Notes under the pieces: generated by a model | Seen by the model: the letters and a program-made list of their open reading frames with translations, nothing else | The model's database searches: none | Told to the model about the DNA's origin: nothing | In this document: in pieces, positions 47,816 through 62,968 of the stretch | How positions within the stretch are numbered: the stretch's first letter is position 1 | Layout: the number at the start of each line of letters is the position of its first letter | Source of the DNA: Euryarchaeota archaeon RBG_16_67_27 | Lineage (GTDB): Archaea > Thermoplasmatota > Thermoplasmata > RBG-16-68-12 | DNA: 64,000 bases | Direction of reading: 5' to 3' | NCBI GenBank assembly: GCA_001800745.1 | Contig: MGVZ01000029.1 | Span: 9,133-73,132 of the forward strand | Made by a program: the position numbers and the translations under genes

Positions 47816-48109
47816 ATGCCAGGTGGGACAAGCCAGGCCGCCGAAGGGGGGACGCCCTTGAGGTTCAACGTGATGGAGCATCAGCTCGTACCAGAGCACC
47901 GCCTCGTTTCCGAGGAAGAGGCGGAGCGGATCTTGAAGGCCCTGCGGATTACCCGAGACCAGCTGCCGAAGATCCGGCGGAGCGACCCGGTGATCCAGCT
48001 CCTCGAGCGGATCGAGGGCCCGATTGATGAGGGCCGGATCATCCGAGTCACCCGCGTGAGCAGCACCGCGGGCGTGTCCGAAGCGTACCGCCTCGTCATC
48101 GGGAGGTAG
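47816..48109 (+). CDS. rpoH: RNA polymerase subunit H/Rpo5
   Basis: HQLVPEH, QLPKIRRSDP, STAGVSEAYRLV; start uncertain (ATG 47816 or TTG 47858). Confidence 0.94.
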   Translation: MPGGTSQAAEGGTPLRFNVMEHQLVPEHRLVSEEEAERILKALRITRDQLPKIRRSDPVIQLLERIEGPIDEGRIIRVTRVSSTAGVSEAYRLVIGR

Positions 48110-48112
48110 ACC

Positions 48113-51100
48113 ATGCGCGAGCTCATCGACGCGTTCTTTCGCGAGCGATCGATCGTGAACCACCACACCGCCTCGTTCAATGACTTCCTTCCCACGATCG
48201 ACAACCCGAACTCGCGGATGCAGCGGATCGTGGACAACCACCGGTCCTCGCCCGAGGACGAACGCCGGGGGATCATCAAGCTCGACGAGGACCGCACGGA
48301 AGGCGACATCATCGAGATCCGGATCGGGCGGAAGCGGGACGAGCGCGGGCGGATCGACATCGAGGCGAAGCCGACGATCGCCCTCGGCCTCCCCGTCGTC
48401 AAGGAGGCGAACGGCGCCACCCACGCGCTCTCGCCCATGGAAGCCCGCCTCCGGAATCTGAACTACACCGCGCCGATTTACCTCGACTTCACGGTCATCG
48501 AGAACGGCATCGAACGGGAGCCGGAGCGCGTCCACATCGGGAACCTCCCGATCATGACGAAGTCGAAGAAGTGCCTTCTGTACAAGGAGAACCTGGAGAC
48601 GGAGGGCGAGCTCACCCTCGACGAGTATCGCCGGAAGCTCATCGAGAAGGGCGAGGACCCGTGCGACCCGGGCGGGTACTATATCATCGGCGGCACGGAA
48701 CGCACGCTCATCTCCCTCGAGGACCTCGCGCCGAACCGCGTCCTCGTGGAGTTCAACGAGCGCTACGGGAGGAAGGTCGAGGTCGCGAAGGTCTTCTCCC
48801 AGAAGGAGGGGTACCGCGCCCTCACTCTGATGGAGAAGAAGAAGGACGGTCAGCTCATCGTATCCGTGCCGACGGCATCCGGCCAGATCCCGTTGATCAT
48901 CCTCATGAAGGCACTGGGGATGGAGAAGGACTCCGAGATCCACGACGCGGTCGTGTCCCACCCCGCGATGGCGAACATCGTCTACGCGAACATCGAGGAA
49001 GTGAAGAACAAGAAGCTGTACCCGCCGAACGGCATCCTCACGCGGGACGACGCGATCAACTACCTGGAGAAGAAGTTCGCGACGGGCCAGGCGAAGGAGT
49101 ACCGGACGAAGAAGGTCGAGTCGATCCTCGACCGGTCTCTCCTCCCCCACCTCGGCGACGCCCGTGAAGACCGGATCAAGAAGGCGATCTTCCTCGGCCG
49201 CGTCGCGCGCACGGTCCTCGAGCTCTCCCTCGGGAAGCGCCGCGAGGACGACAAGGACCACTACGCGAACAAGCGCCTCAAGCTCGCGGGGGACCTCATG
49301 GAGGACCTCTTCCGGGTCGCGTTCGCGAACCTGATCAAGGACCTCAAGTACCAGCTCGAGCGGTCGTACGCTCGGCGGCGCGAACTGAAGATCGCGTCCG
49401 CAATCCGGCCGGACCTCCTCACGCAGCGCCTCCTCCACGCCCTGGCGACGGGGAACTGGGTCGGCGGACGGGCGGGCGTCAGCCAGCTTCTCGACCGGAC
49501 CTCGAACATGTCCACCCTGAGCCACCTGCGACGGGTGACGAGCCCCCTCACGCGGTCCCAGCCGCATTTCGAGGCGCGCGACCTGCACCCGACGCAGTGG
49601 GGCCGGCTCTGCCCCAACGAGACGCCGGAAGGCCAGAACTGCGGCCTGGTGAAGAACTGCGCTCTCGTCATCGACGTGTCCGAAGGCTTCCCCGACGACG
49701 AGGTGAAGATCCTCCTCGCGGACCTGGGCACGAAGCAGGTGAAAGGTCAGCAGACGACGTACACGCGGGTGTACGTGAACGGCGACCTCGTCGGGCTCCA
49801 CGAGGACCCGCACATGCTCGTCGCCGAGATCCGGGAGCGGCGGCGGAGCGGCCTACTCAGCCATGAGGTCAACGTCCGGTACGACGAGAACATGGGGGAG
49901 ATCATCATCAACTGCGACGAGGGCCGCATCCGCAGGCCCCTCCTCGTCGCGAAGGAGGGCCACCTCTCCCTGACGAAGAAGCACCTCGAGGACCTTCGTC
50001 TCGGGCGCACCCGCTTCTCCGACCTGATCCGGAACGGCGTTGTCGAGTGGATCGACGCGGAGGAGGAAGAGGACACGTACATCGCGATCTACCCCTACGA
50101 CGTCCCGAGCCGCTGCAAGGAGTGCAAGCGTCCCCTGAGCCGGAACGACGTGTCGTGGGTGAACATGGGCGCGAAGGAGGACGAGATCGAGCTCGAGTGC
50201 CAGGAGTGCCACAAGTCGTTCCGCGTGAAGCCGCATGTCTCCCGAGAGACGACGCATCTCGAGGTCGACCCGATGGTCATCCTCGGCGTCGCCTCGGGCC
50301 TCGTCCCGTACCCCGAGCACAACTCGTCCCCTCGCGTCACGATGGGCGCGGGGATGGCGAAACAGTCCCTCGGCCTCGGGGCGAGCAACTACCGCGCCCG
50401 CCCGGACACGCGGAGCCATCTCCTCCACTACCCGCAGAAGCCGCTCGTCCAGACGGACTCGATGCCGTATGTGTCGTTCAACGAGAGGCCCGCGGGACAG
50501 AACTTCGTCGTCGGCGTGATGTCCTACCATGGCTACAACATGGAGGACGCGATCGTGATGAACAAGGCGTCGATCGAGCGTGGCCTCGGCCGGTCCTCGT
50601 TCATGCGGACGTACCGGGCGGAGGAGCGGCGATACCCCGGCGGCCAGGAGGACCACTTCGAGATCCCTTCGCCCGACGTGCGAGGCGCTCGGGCCGACCT
50701 GAGCTATGCGAGCCTCACCCCGGACGATGGTCTGATCTCCCCGGAGGTCCTGGTCACGGGGGGTGAGGTGCTGATCGGGAAGACGAGCCCTCCGCGGTTC
50801 CTGGAGGAGGAGACGGACTTCCTCACGCCCCAGAAGCGTCGGGAGACGTCGATCACGGTCCGCCACGGCGAGAGCGGATGGGTCGACTCCGTCATGCTCA
50901 CGGAGAGCGAGAACGGGTCGAAGCTCGCGAAGGTCAAGGTCCGGGACCTCCGCGTCCCGGAGCTCGGGGACAAGTTCGCCTCCCGCCACGGGCAGAAGGG
51001 CGTAATCGGGCTGATCGCGTCCCAAGAGGACATGCCGTTCACGGGCCAGGGCATCATCCCCGACCTGATCATCAACCCCCACGCGATCCCATCGCGCATG

Positions 51101-51702
51101 ACCGTCGCGCACGTCCTCGAACAGATCGGCGGCAAGGTCGCCTCGTTCGAGGGCCGGGACATCGACGGGACCCCGTTCAGCGGCGAGCGCGAGGAGTCCC
51201 TCCGGAAGGCGCTCGAGGAGGCCGGCTTCCGGTCGAACGGAAAGGAGATCCTGTACGACGGGAAGACGGGGCGGATGATTCCCGCGGAGATCTTCATCGG
51301 CGTGATCTACTACCAGAAGCTCCACCACATGGTCTCCGGGAAGCTCCACGTGCGGAGCCGCGGACCCGTGCAGATCCTCACGCGTCAGCCGACGGAGGGG
51401 CGCTCCCGCCAGGGCGGCCTCCGGTTCGGTGAGATGGAGCGAGACTGCCTGATCGGCCACGGCGCGGCCATGGTGATCAAGGACCGCCTGCTCGACGAGT
51501 CGGACGGGACGATCCAGTACGTCTGCGGGAACCCCGACTGCGGCCACTTCGCGATCAAGGACCGGAAAGGGAACCTTCGCTGCCCTGTGTGCGAGAACAC
51601 GTCGAAGATCTACCCGGTGCAAACGTCGTACGCGTTCAAGCTCCTCCTTGACGAGCTCCTGTCCCTCGGCGTCGCCATGCGCCTGCAGCTGGAGGACCTC
51701 AA

Positions 51703-51706
<4 letters not shown>
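48113..51706 (+). CDS. rpoB: RNA polymerase subunit B/Rpo2 (unsplit)
   Basis: [39 protein letters not shown]. Confidence 0.98.
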
Positions 51707-56323
<4,617 letters not shown>

Positions 56324-56331
56324 GTGTCCGA

Positions 56332-56757
56332 ATGGTCGAGGTCACCTTCGACGAACGCACGATGACGTTCGTTGCACTCTTCCAAGACGTTACCCGCACG
56401 ACCGTCGTGGACTGCGTGGACGCTGTGGATCGCCTGATCTTCGTTGTGAAGGAAGGCGACATCGGCAAGGCGATCGGCAAGAAAGGCGAGCACGTCGCGA
56501 AGCTGAAGCGAATCATGAACAAGGATATCCATGTCGTCGAATACGCCGACGCCCCCGAGAAGTTCGTCGCAAACGTATTCCGGAACTACGACGTGAAGGG
56601 CGTGCATATCGAGCAGCGGGGCGACGTGACCCATGCGACGGTGACCGTCGACGCGAAGAAGAAGGGCCGGGCGATCGGCAAGGAGGGGCGGAACCTCCGC
56701 GTGTCGCGCGACCTCATCGCCCGACACCATCCAATCCAGAGCGTCAGCGTCGCGTGA
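56332..56757 (+). CDS. nusA: Archaeal NusA
   Basis: Two KH motifs AIGKKG and AIGKEGRN; follows rpl30e. Confidence 0.95.
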   Translation: MVEVTFDERTMTFVALFQDVTRTTVVDCVDAVDRLIFVVKEGDIGKAIGKKGEHVAKLKRIMNKDIHVVEYADAPEKFVANVFRNYDVKGVHIEQRGDVTHATVTVDAKKKGRAIGKEGRNLRVSRDLIARHHPIQSVSVA

Positions 56758-56901
56758 CTTTCGGGAGGGTCGAGTCGCGCGGCACCGCGACGGTCGAGGC
56801 CGTCACTGGGCCGCCGGCGGGGATGCGTCATCCGCAAGCGTTAATATCGCCGCGGGCCATCGACGGCCGCCCGCGCCTGCGGGCGAAGGGACCCCCGTTC
56901 G

Positions 56902-58668
56902 ATGAGCGTCCTCCCCCCGGAGGCGACTCCTTCCGCAGACGCCTCCTTGCAGCTCGAGTTCTCCGAGCAAGACCGCGGGATCCTCGATCTCTTCGGCCGA
57001 GGTCCCCCGGACGGATCGCGCGCCTGGCGCCTCAACGGTCTCGCGCATCGCCTCAGCCTTGTTCAGGGATTCGACACGCTCCTCGGATGGCCGGTTCTGC
57101 GAGGCGTCGCGAGATACCCTCACCAGGAAAAGGCGGTCCTCCGGGTCCTGCGGGACATGGGAGGACGCGCGGTCCTGGCGGATGAGGTCGGGCTGGGGAA
57201 GACGATCGAGGCCGGCCTCGTCCTCAAGGAGTACGCGGTCCGGGGGCTTATCCACCGCGGCCTGATCCTCACCCCCCCGGGCCTCCGGTCGCAGTGGCGG
57301 GAGGAGATGAAGGAGAAATTCGGGCTCCCGTTCGAGCTCCTTCGAGGCACCGAGGACTGGGCGCGCCATCCGTTCCTCATCGCGTCTCTCGACACAGCGA
57401 AACGCGAGCCTCACGCATCCGCGGCCCGCGGGGTTCCCTGGGACATCGTCGTCGTGGACGAGGCCCACCGGCTCAAGAACCGCGAGAGCCGGAACTCGAA
57501 GTTCGTCGCGAGCCTCCACCGGCGACGCATGCTCCTCCTCACCGCGACGCCGGTTCAGAACGATCTGGCCGAGCTGTTCAACCTCGTCAGCCTGCTCAAA
57601 CCGGGTCAGCTGCACACGTTCACGGAGTTCGTCTCGCGCTACGTCGCGAGTTCTGACGGGCGCGTCCCCGCCCGCGTCCCGGAGCTTCGCAGCCGGCTCA
57701 AGGACGTCATGGTCCGGAATCGGCGAGGGATCTCGTTCGAACTCCCGCCGCGAAGGGTCCACTCCCTCGCCGTTCGCCTCACGCCGGAGGAACGTCGCCT
57801 CTACGACGGCGTCACTGCGTTCGTGCGGGAAGCGTACGGCACCCCCGTCCACCGCCTGCCATTTGCCGCGAAGCTCACCCTGATCGTTCTTCAGAGGGAG
57901 ATCGGGAGCAGCACGTTCGCGGCGGCCCGGACCCTCGCGAAGCTCCGCGAGAGTTCTCTCTTCGGTCCCGAGCATCGGGACCGGTTGGCGGCTCTTCACG
58001 ACGAAGCCTGCGCGATCCGCGCGAACGTGAAAGCGGGCCACCTGAGGCGGTTCCTCGCGTCCACGGACGAGAAGGTCCTCGTGTTCACGCAGTACCTTCG
58101 GACGCTGGAGTACCTCCGCGGCGTCCTCGAGTCCGACGGCATCTCCGTCTCGATCTACCATGGCGGCCTCTCGCCCGCTGCGAAGGAGGACGCGGTGCGC
58201 GCGTTCCGGGGCGACCGCCGTTGTTTCCTGAGCACGGAGGCCGGCGGCGAAGGCCGGAACCTGCAGTTCGCTCGGACCCTCGTGAACTACGACCTTCCCT
58301 GGAACCCCCTGCGAATCGAGCAGCGAATCGGCCGTGTCCATCGGCTCGGCCAGGAGCGGGAGGTCCACGTCGTGAACCTCTGGGCGGTGGACACCGTGGA
58401 GGAGTATCTCATCGAACTCCTGGACCGGAAGATCCACATGTTCGAGCTCGTTGTCGGCGAGCTCGACCTCATCCTCGGAGACCTTGAAGGCCGCAAATCT
58501 TTCGAGGAGCTGCTCATGGACATCTGGGTCCTCAAGGAGACGGAGGCGCGCCGGGAGGCCCTCCGACGGCTCGGCGACGCCCTCGTCCGTGCCCGCGCCG
58601 GATACGAGGACCTCAAGGATCGGAACGATGAGATCCTCCGGACGATGAGCGAGGAGGTCGCCGCGTGA
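56902..58668 (+). CDS. SNF2-family helicase/ATPase (YqhH/RapA-like)
   Basis: LADEVGLGKTIEAG, DEAH, LTATP, STEAGGEGRNLQ, YDLPWNP, QRIGRVHR. Confidence 0.92.
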   Translation: MSVLPPEATPSADASLQLEFSEQDRGILDLFGRGPPDGSRAWRLNGLAHRLSLVQGFDTLLGWPVLRGVARYPHQEKAVLRVLRDMGGRAVLADEVGLGKTIEAGLVLKEYAVRGLIHRGLILTPPGLRSQWREEMKEKFGLPFELLRGTEDWARHPFLIASLDTAKREPHASAARGVPWDIVVVDEAHRLKNRESRNSKFVASLHRRRMLLLTATPVQNDLAELFNLVSLLKPGQLHTFTEFVSRYVASSDGRVPARVPELRSRLKDVMVRNRRGISFELPPRRVHSLAVRLTPEERRLYDGVTAFVREAYGTPVHRLPFAAKLTLIVLQREIGSSTFAAARTLAKLRESSLFGPEHRDRLAALHDEACAIRANVKAGHLRRFLASTDEKVLVFTQYLRTLEYLRGVLESDGISVSIYHGGLSPAAKEDAVRAFRGDRRCFLSTEAGGEGRNLQFARTLVNYDLPWNPLRIEQRIGRVHRLGQEREVHVVNLWAVDTVEEYLIELLDRKIHMFELVVGELDLILGDLEGRKSFEELLMDIWVLKETEARREALRRLGDALVRARAGYEDLKDRNDEILRTMSEEVAA

Positions 58669-59786
58669 GCGACGCCGACCCGGTCCGAGGCTTCGTCGCG
58701 GAGGTGCTCTCGGACCTCGGGGCGGATCTCTCCGAGCACGACGGCATCCTCTGGGTCACCGCGGCGGAGGGCCTCCAGCGGGCACTCGAGGTCCCCAGGC
58801 ACGTGGCCCTCGCCTTCGACCCGGTCGCGGCGGACGCAAGCCGTGCGGAGCTCGTCGCGCCGGGGAGCTTCTTGCTCGAGCGGATCCTCGCCCTCGCGAC
58901 CGCACGCGGGCGATGGGACGTCGGGCGGGTTGCGGTCGCCTCCCCCGCATGGGCGAGAGATGCGCTGAGTGGCGCGGGGCTACCCCGAGCCTGGGTCGAG
59001 CGTGCGTCCGTCGAAGACCTCGGCGAGGAGCCCTTCGTCTGCTTCACGTTCCGCGTCACCCTGACCTCGGACGCCAAGCGAGAGACGTACCACGCGATCC
59101 TCGTGTCCCGACAGGATGCGTGGGAGGTCCTCCCGGAGGAGGCCGAGGTCCCGCTGGTCCCCGTCACGATCCCTCCGTCGCTTGTCGACCTCCACGCCGG
59201 ATACGACCTCGCGCGGCGGTTTCTCTCGGCTCGGCTCCTTGAGTCCCTCGAGGCGTTCCGGCGGGAGTCGATCGCAGCGCTCGACGAGGAAGTCCGTCGG
59301 ATCTTCGCCTACTTCGATGGGACGGTCCGGGAGATCCGAGCGGCGTCTGCGGAGGTTGCGCGAGAACTGATCGCGGCGGTCGAGGGGGAGAGGGATCGCC
59401 GGCTCGCAGAGGCCCTGGAACGGTTCGAGCCCCACGCCACGGCGGCGCTCTGCGGCGTCCGCGTCGTCCTCGCTCCCCGGGCGGTCGCTCGGTCCGGCAC
59501 CACCGCGGATCCCGCCGTGGTCGAGATCGACGCGTTCGCGAGACGGGCTCGCGGCCTCCGCTGTTCCCGATGTGGGAACGTCGACGGCCCATGGTCCGCC
59601 GACTCCCTCGGACGGATCACCTGCGCGGGCTGCACACCTACGGGAGCCGCATCCGCTCGACCTCGAGGCCATCCGCGGTCGGGTATTCCTCGACGACGTA
59701 CGAAGGCCGGCCGAGCCTCGGTGCGATCTCCTCGAGGATCCAAGGAGCGATCTCGATTCGACGGCGCGACCCGTCGAGGCGCATGA
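58665..59786 (+). CDS. YqhG-like partner protein with C-terminal CxxC...CxxC
   Basis: GTGA-coupled to the SNF2 gene; ELVAPGSFLL, E..RI..YF, CSRC..CAGC; the Arg-rich tail overlapping the opposite gene is doubtful. Confidence 0.7.
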   Translation: MSDADPVRGFVAEVLSDLGADLSEHDGILWVTAAEGLQRALEVPRHVALAFDPVAADASRAELVAPGSFLLERILALATARGRWDVGRVAVASPAWARDALSGAGLPRAWVERASVEDLGEEPFVCFTFRVTLTSDAKRETYHAILVSRQDAWEVLPEEAEVPLVPVTIPPSLVDLHAGYDLARRFLSARLLESLEAFRRESIAALDEEVRRIFAYFDGTVREIRAASAEVARELIAAVEGERDRRLAEALERFEPHATAALCGVRVVLAPRAVARSGTTADPAVVEIDAFARRARGLRCSRCGNVDGPWSADSLGRITCAGCTPTGAASARPRGHPRSGIPRRRTKAGRASVRSPRGSKERSRFDGATRRGA

Positions 59787-60708
59787 GGTCCGTCGGCACC
59801 CGGTGCCGGCGCGCGAGCTCCCGCAGGAGGGCGTCGAGACCCTCTCCCTCGATCACGCCCTTCACGAGGGTTCCGTCTTCCGTCACGACGTCCCACTTCC
59901 CCGCGACACTCTCCGCTCGCCTCTTGATCCGGGTCCGGAGTTGCCATCCGTCCTTGTAGCCGCTCGTGCAGTAGTGGACCGTGATCCTCCAGGGCCGCCC
60001 GAGGAGGCGGAGGGCGGCCGCGTCGGCGCCCCGGACGCCGTACGACAGGTCGTGCTTGGTCGCGTAGCCGCGGACCTTCATCCGTGCGAAGTTCGCGTCG
60101 GAGAACTCCATCTCGTCCAGGTTCACGAACGCGAGCCCCTCGGCCTCCGCCCACTCGATCAGCCTCCGAAGGTCCTCCTCCCGCTCTGGGATCAGTGGGA
60201 CCTCGAGGCCCACGGTCATCCCCAGGGACTTCGCGAGGCGCGCGGTCGCCTCGAACCCCGTCCCCGCGACCCGGGACCAGAGGCCCGGGGGCACGTGCAG
60301 CCGGAGTTCGTCGAGGCCCGCGGTCGCGAGCCGGCGGATGCTCTCGGGGTCCGTGGACATCGTGTACAGGTGAGTGTGGAACTCCTCACCGAACTCCGAC
60401 TTCAGGAGGCGGATGTAGTGGCAAGTCCGGTCGAGCGCCTCGACGGGATCGCCACCCGTGATCCCCGCGCCTTTCGCGCGGATCGCCCGGGCCTCCTCGA
60501 GGACGTCCTCGTCTCGTTCGACCCTCTTCTCATCCGCGAACACGACGTCCCGGTACATCTTCTCGTCGGACACGGGGCAGTAGAAGCAATGGAACGAGCA
60601 GAGGCCCGTCACGAACAGGACCATCTTCGCCCCCTCCGTGCACTGCGCGCAGCCCACGGGGAGGCGTCCCTGGATCCGGGAGCCGTACGGGCGGTCCGCG
60701 GGCGTCAC
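59638..60708 (-). CDS. Archaeal radical SAM protein (COG2108-like)
   Basis: GCAQC..GAKMVLFVTGLCSFHCFYCP, GITGGDP, HLYT, LDELRLH, VVEEYPT. Confidence 0.88.
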   Translation of the reverse strand: MTPADRPYGSRIQGRLPVGCAQCTEGAKMVLFVTGLCSFHCFYCPVSDEKMYRDVVFADEKRVERDEDVLEEARAIRAKGAGITGGDPVEALDRTCHYIRLLKSEFGEEFHTHLYTMSTDPESIRRLATAGLDELRLHVPPGLWSRVAGTGFEATARLAKSLGMTVGLEVPLIPEREEDLRRLIEWAEAEGLAFVNLDEMEFSDANFARMKVRGYATKHDLSYGVRGADAAALRLLGRPWRITVHYCTSGYKDGWQLRTRIKRRAESVAGKWDVVTEDGTLVKGVIEGEGLDALLRELARRHRVPTDLMRLDGSRRRIEIAPWILEEIAPRLGRPSYVVEEYPTADGLEVERMRLP

Positions 60709-60783
60709 GGTCTCCGACGAAGCGGCCTCCCGCCATAAGGATTGCCCCGAGGGCGGGGTCGGGCGCCCGGGAGCGGCACCCGC

Positions 60784-61020
60784 CTACACGGGCCGCTTGC
60801 ACTTCGCGCACATGAGCCGGCACTCCCGCCTGCACTCCGTGCAGATTCCATGGAGGAAGCGCTCGCGCACGGGCGCGTGATGGCAGTCGCTCACGACGTT
60901 GACCATGTGCCCGCAATAGTCGCACAGGTGCTGGACGGGCTTCTTCCCGACGAGGTACCGTTGGTAGGCGAGGAGGATCACGAGGACGAGGACGAGCACG
61001 CCGACGATCGCGCCGACCAT
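60784..61020 (-). CDS. Small N-terminally anchored Cys/His-rich protein
   Basis: TM helix then CDYC..CHH..CTEC..C..CAKC; ATG at 61020. Confidence 0.75.
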   Translation of the reverse strand: MVGAIVGVLVLVLVILLAYQRYLVGKKPVQHLCDYCGHMVNVVSDCHHAPVRERFLHGICTECRRECRLMCAKCKRPV

Positions 61021-61208
61021 CCAGCACTGCAGGCCGCCCTCCCCGGCCTGGAACGGCTGCGCGGCGCCCGGAAACGCCACGCGGCGGCAACGCTCGCGGC
61101 CCTACATTAAGGGTTCGGACGGCCGACCCGTCGTTCGGGGGGGGCCGAACGGTTCGGGGACGTTTATATCGTCATAGGCCCCTGAGAGGTCTTCACGGGT
61201 GATTGGCG

Positions 61209-62924
61209 ATGATCCTCACGACGCGGGCGATCGCCCTCGTCTTGTCCCTGGCATTCGCATCGGGCGGAGCGGCTCTGAGCCTCGTTTCCCTGACGACGCC
61301 CGCGGACGGCGTCGGCTCCGACCGGGGCCTCGACACGAATGGAAACGGTGCGTTCGACTGGCTCGTCCTCGAGGCGAGCGTGGACCTTCCCACGACGGAC
61401 TACTGGAACGTCCAGGCGATGCTCTCCTCGACGAGCCCGCCCAAGGGCGGCGTCTGCGGCCAGGCCGTGCCCCCACCCGTCCCGATCCTGGAGACGGGGC
61501 TGCCGTACGGCTCGCTCCTTCCTCCGGAGTACCCGATCGCTTGGGCGGGCGAGCGGTACTTCTTCCTCGCGGGTGCGCAGACCGTCCGGATCGCGTTCCG
61601 GGGCACGGACATCTTCCGCGCGGGCATCGACGGGCCGTACCTCGTGCGTGCGACCCTCATCGGCGGCGATGGGATCGTGTACGGCCGCGCGGACGGCTTC
61701 GCCCCCGTCCCGTGGCCCGGCCCGCCTGTCATGACGTGGAACTACACGACCCAGGCGTACGCGGCCGCGGACTTCGAAGAGCCGTTCCGGCCCGCATACT
61801 TCACGGGAGCCCACGACGACCTCGGGATCCACGTCGACGAGGACGGGGCCTACGACCTGTTCGAGCTCCGAGCCGCCGTCCACGTGAACACCGCCGGGAT
61901 CTACTATCTCAACGGGATGCTCCTGCCGCGGGCCTCGGACCCCAACCGCTACGCGACGGTCGCGTACGGCTACCGGGATCTCACCCTCGAGGCCGGGGAG
62001 ACGAACGTGGCCCTGCGCTTCCGCGGGGACCAGATCCGCGCCGCCGGCGTCGACGGCCCTTGGGCCTTCTCCCTCGTCCTGACCGGGCCGAACATCTACA
62101 CGTGGGACGGCGGGAACATGACGCCGCAGCCCGCGTTGCCCGGCACGGCTCCGTACGCGGGCATCCTGCCGCCGACGTACCCGGAGGTCCTGTGCGGGGA
62201 GACGTCCGCGTACAGCGCCGTCGCGTTCGACGACACGATCGAGCTCGCCCGGTACACGGGCGTCTTCGCGGAGGCAACGGTCGACTGGGATGGGGATGGG
62301 CTCCATGACCTCCTCGTCGTCCGCGCGGAGGTCGATGTGTTCCTCGCGTCCGCGTTCGAGATCCGAGGGGCCCTTCGCGTCTCCGATCGGTCCATGGACA
62401 TCGCCACGAGCTGGGGCCAGGTCCAGTGGCCCGAAGGGACCGCGTGGGCGGAGTTCGCGTTCGCGGGCCCGGACATCCGCGCGAGCGGCGTCGAGGGTCC
62501 GTACGAGGCCTTCCTGTCGATCATCCCCCTCGTGTGGGGGATCGACCCCTCGACGACGTACGTGACCCGCGCGTACAAGGCGACGGACTTCGACGACCGT
62601 GCGGACGGGAACCGGAGCTACTGGATCGACTCGCTCTCCGCGAGCGTGGACCCCTCGCGAGTCCTCGGCGTCCGCGTCGTCGTCGTCCGGGGGAACGACA
62701 TGCTGACCGTCGTGTACGAGGACACGCTCACGATCGAGCTCAGCGACCCTGCGGGGGTGCTCGTCGGGAGTGTAGTGGACCGCGTCGTGCTCACGAGCGG
62801 CGGCTCCTCCTGGTCGATGTCCGCCACGTTTGGCGTCTTGGGCTCGGGCACGTACACGGTGACAGCGATTCTCGGACCGCCGTCCGCCCCCGTCGACGTG
62901 CGGTCGACGGTCGTCACGGTCTGA
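61209..62924 (+). CDS. Secreted repeat protein with three Dx[DN]xDG-led beta-rich repeats
   Basis: Signal peptide; DTNGNGAFDWL, DEDGAYDLF and DWDGDGLHDLL each followed by a F.G..I...G.(D/E)GP(Y/W) motif. Confidence 0.82.
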   Translation: MILTTRAIALVLSLAFASGGAALSLVSLTTPADGVGSDRGLDTNGNGAFDWLVLEASVDLPTTDYWNVQAMLSSTSPPKGGVCGQAVPPPVPILETGLPYGSLLPPEYPIAWAGERYFFLAGAQTVRIAFRGTDIFRAGIDGPYLVRATLIGGDGIVYGRADGFAPVPWPGPPVMTWNYTTQAYAAADFEEPFRPAYFTGAHDDLGIHVDEDGAYDLFELRAAVHVNTAGIYYLNGMLLPRASDPNRYATVAYGYRDLTLEAGETNVALRFRGDQIRAAGVDGPWAFSLVLTGPNIYTWDGGNMTPQPALPGTAPYAGILPPTYPEVLCGETSAYSAVAFDDTIELARYTGVFAEATVDWDGDGLHDLLVVRAEVDVFLASAFEIRGALRVSDRSMDIATSWGQVQWPEGTAWAEFAFAGPDIRASGVEGPYEAFLSIIPLVWGIDPSTTYVTRAYKATDFDDRADGNRSYWIDSLSASVDPSRVLGVRVVVVRGNDMLTVVYEDTLTIELSDPAGVLVGSVVDRVVLTSGGSSWSMSATFGVLGSGTYTVTAILGPPSAPVDVRSTVVTV

Positions 62925-62968
62925 GCCGCGGGCGCAAGCCTAAACCGTCCGGGAACCGTGCGGAGACC

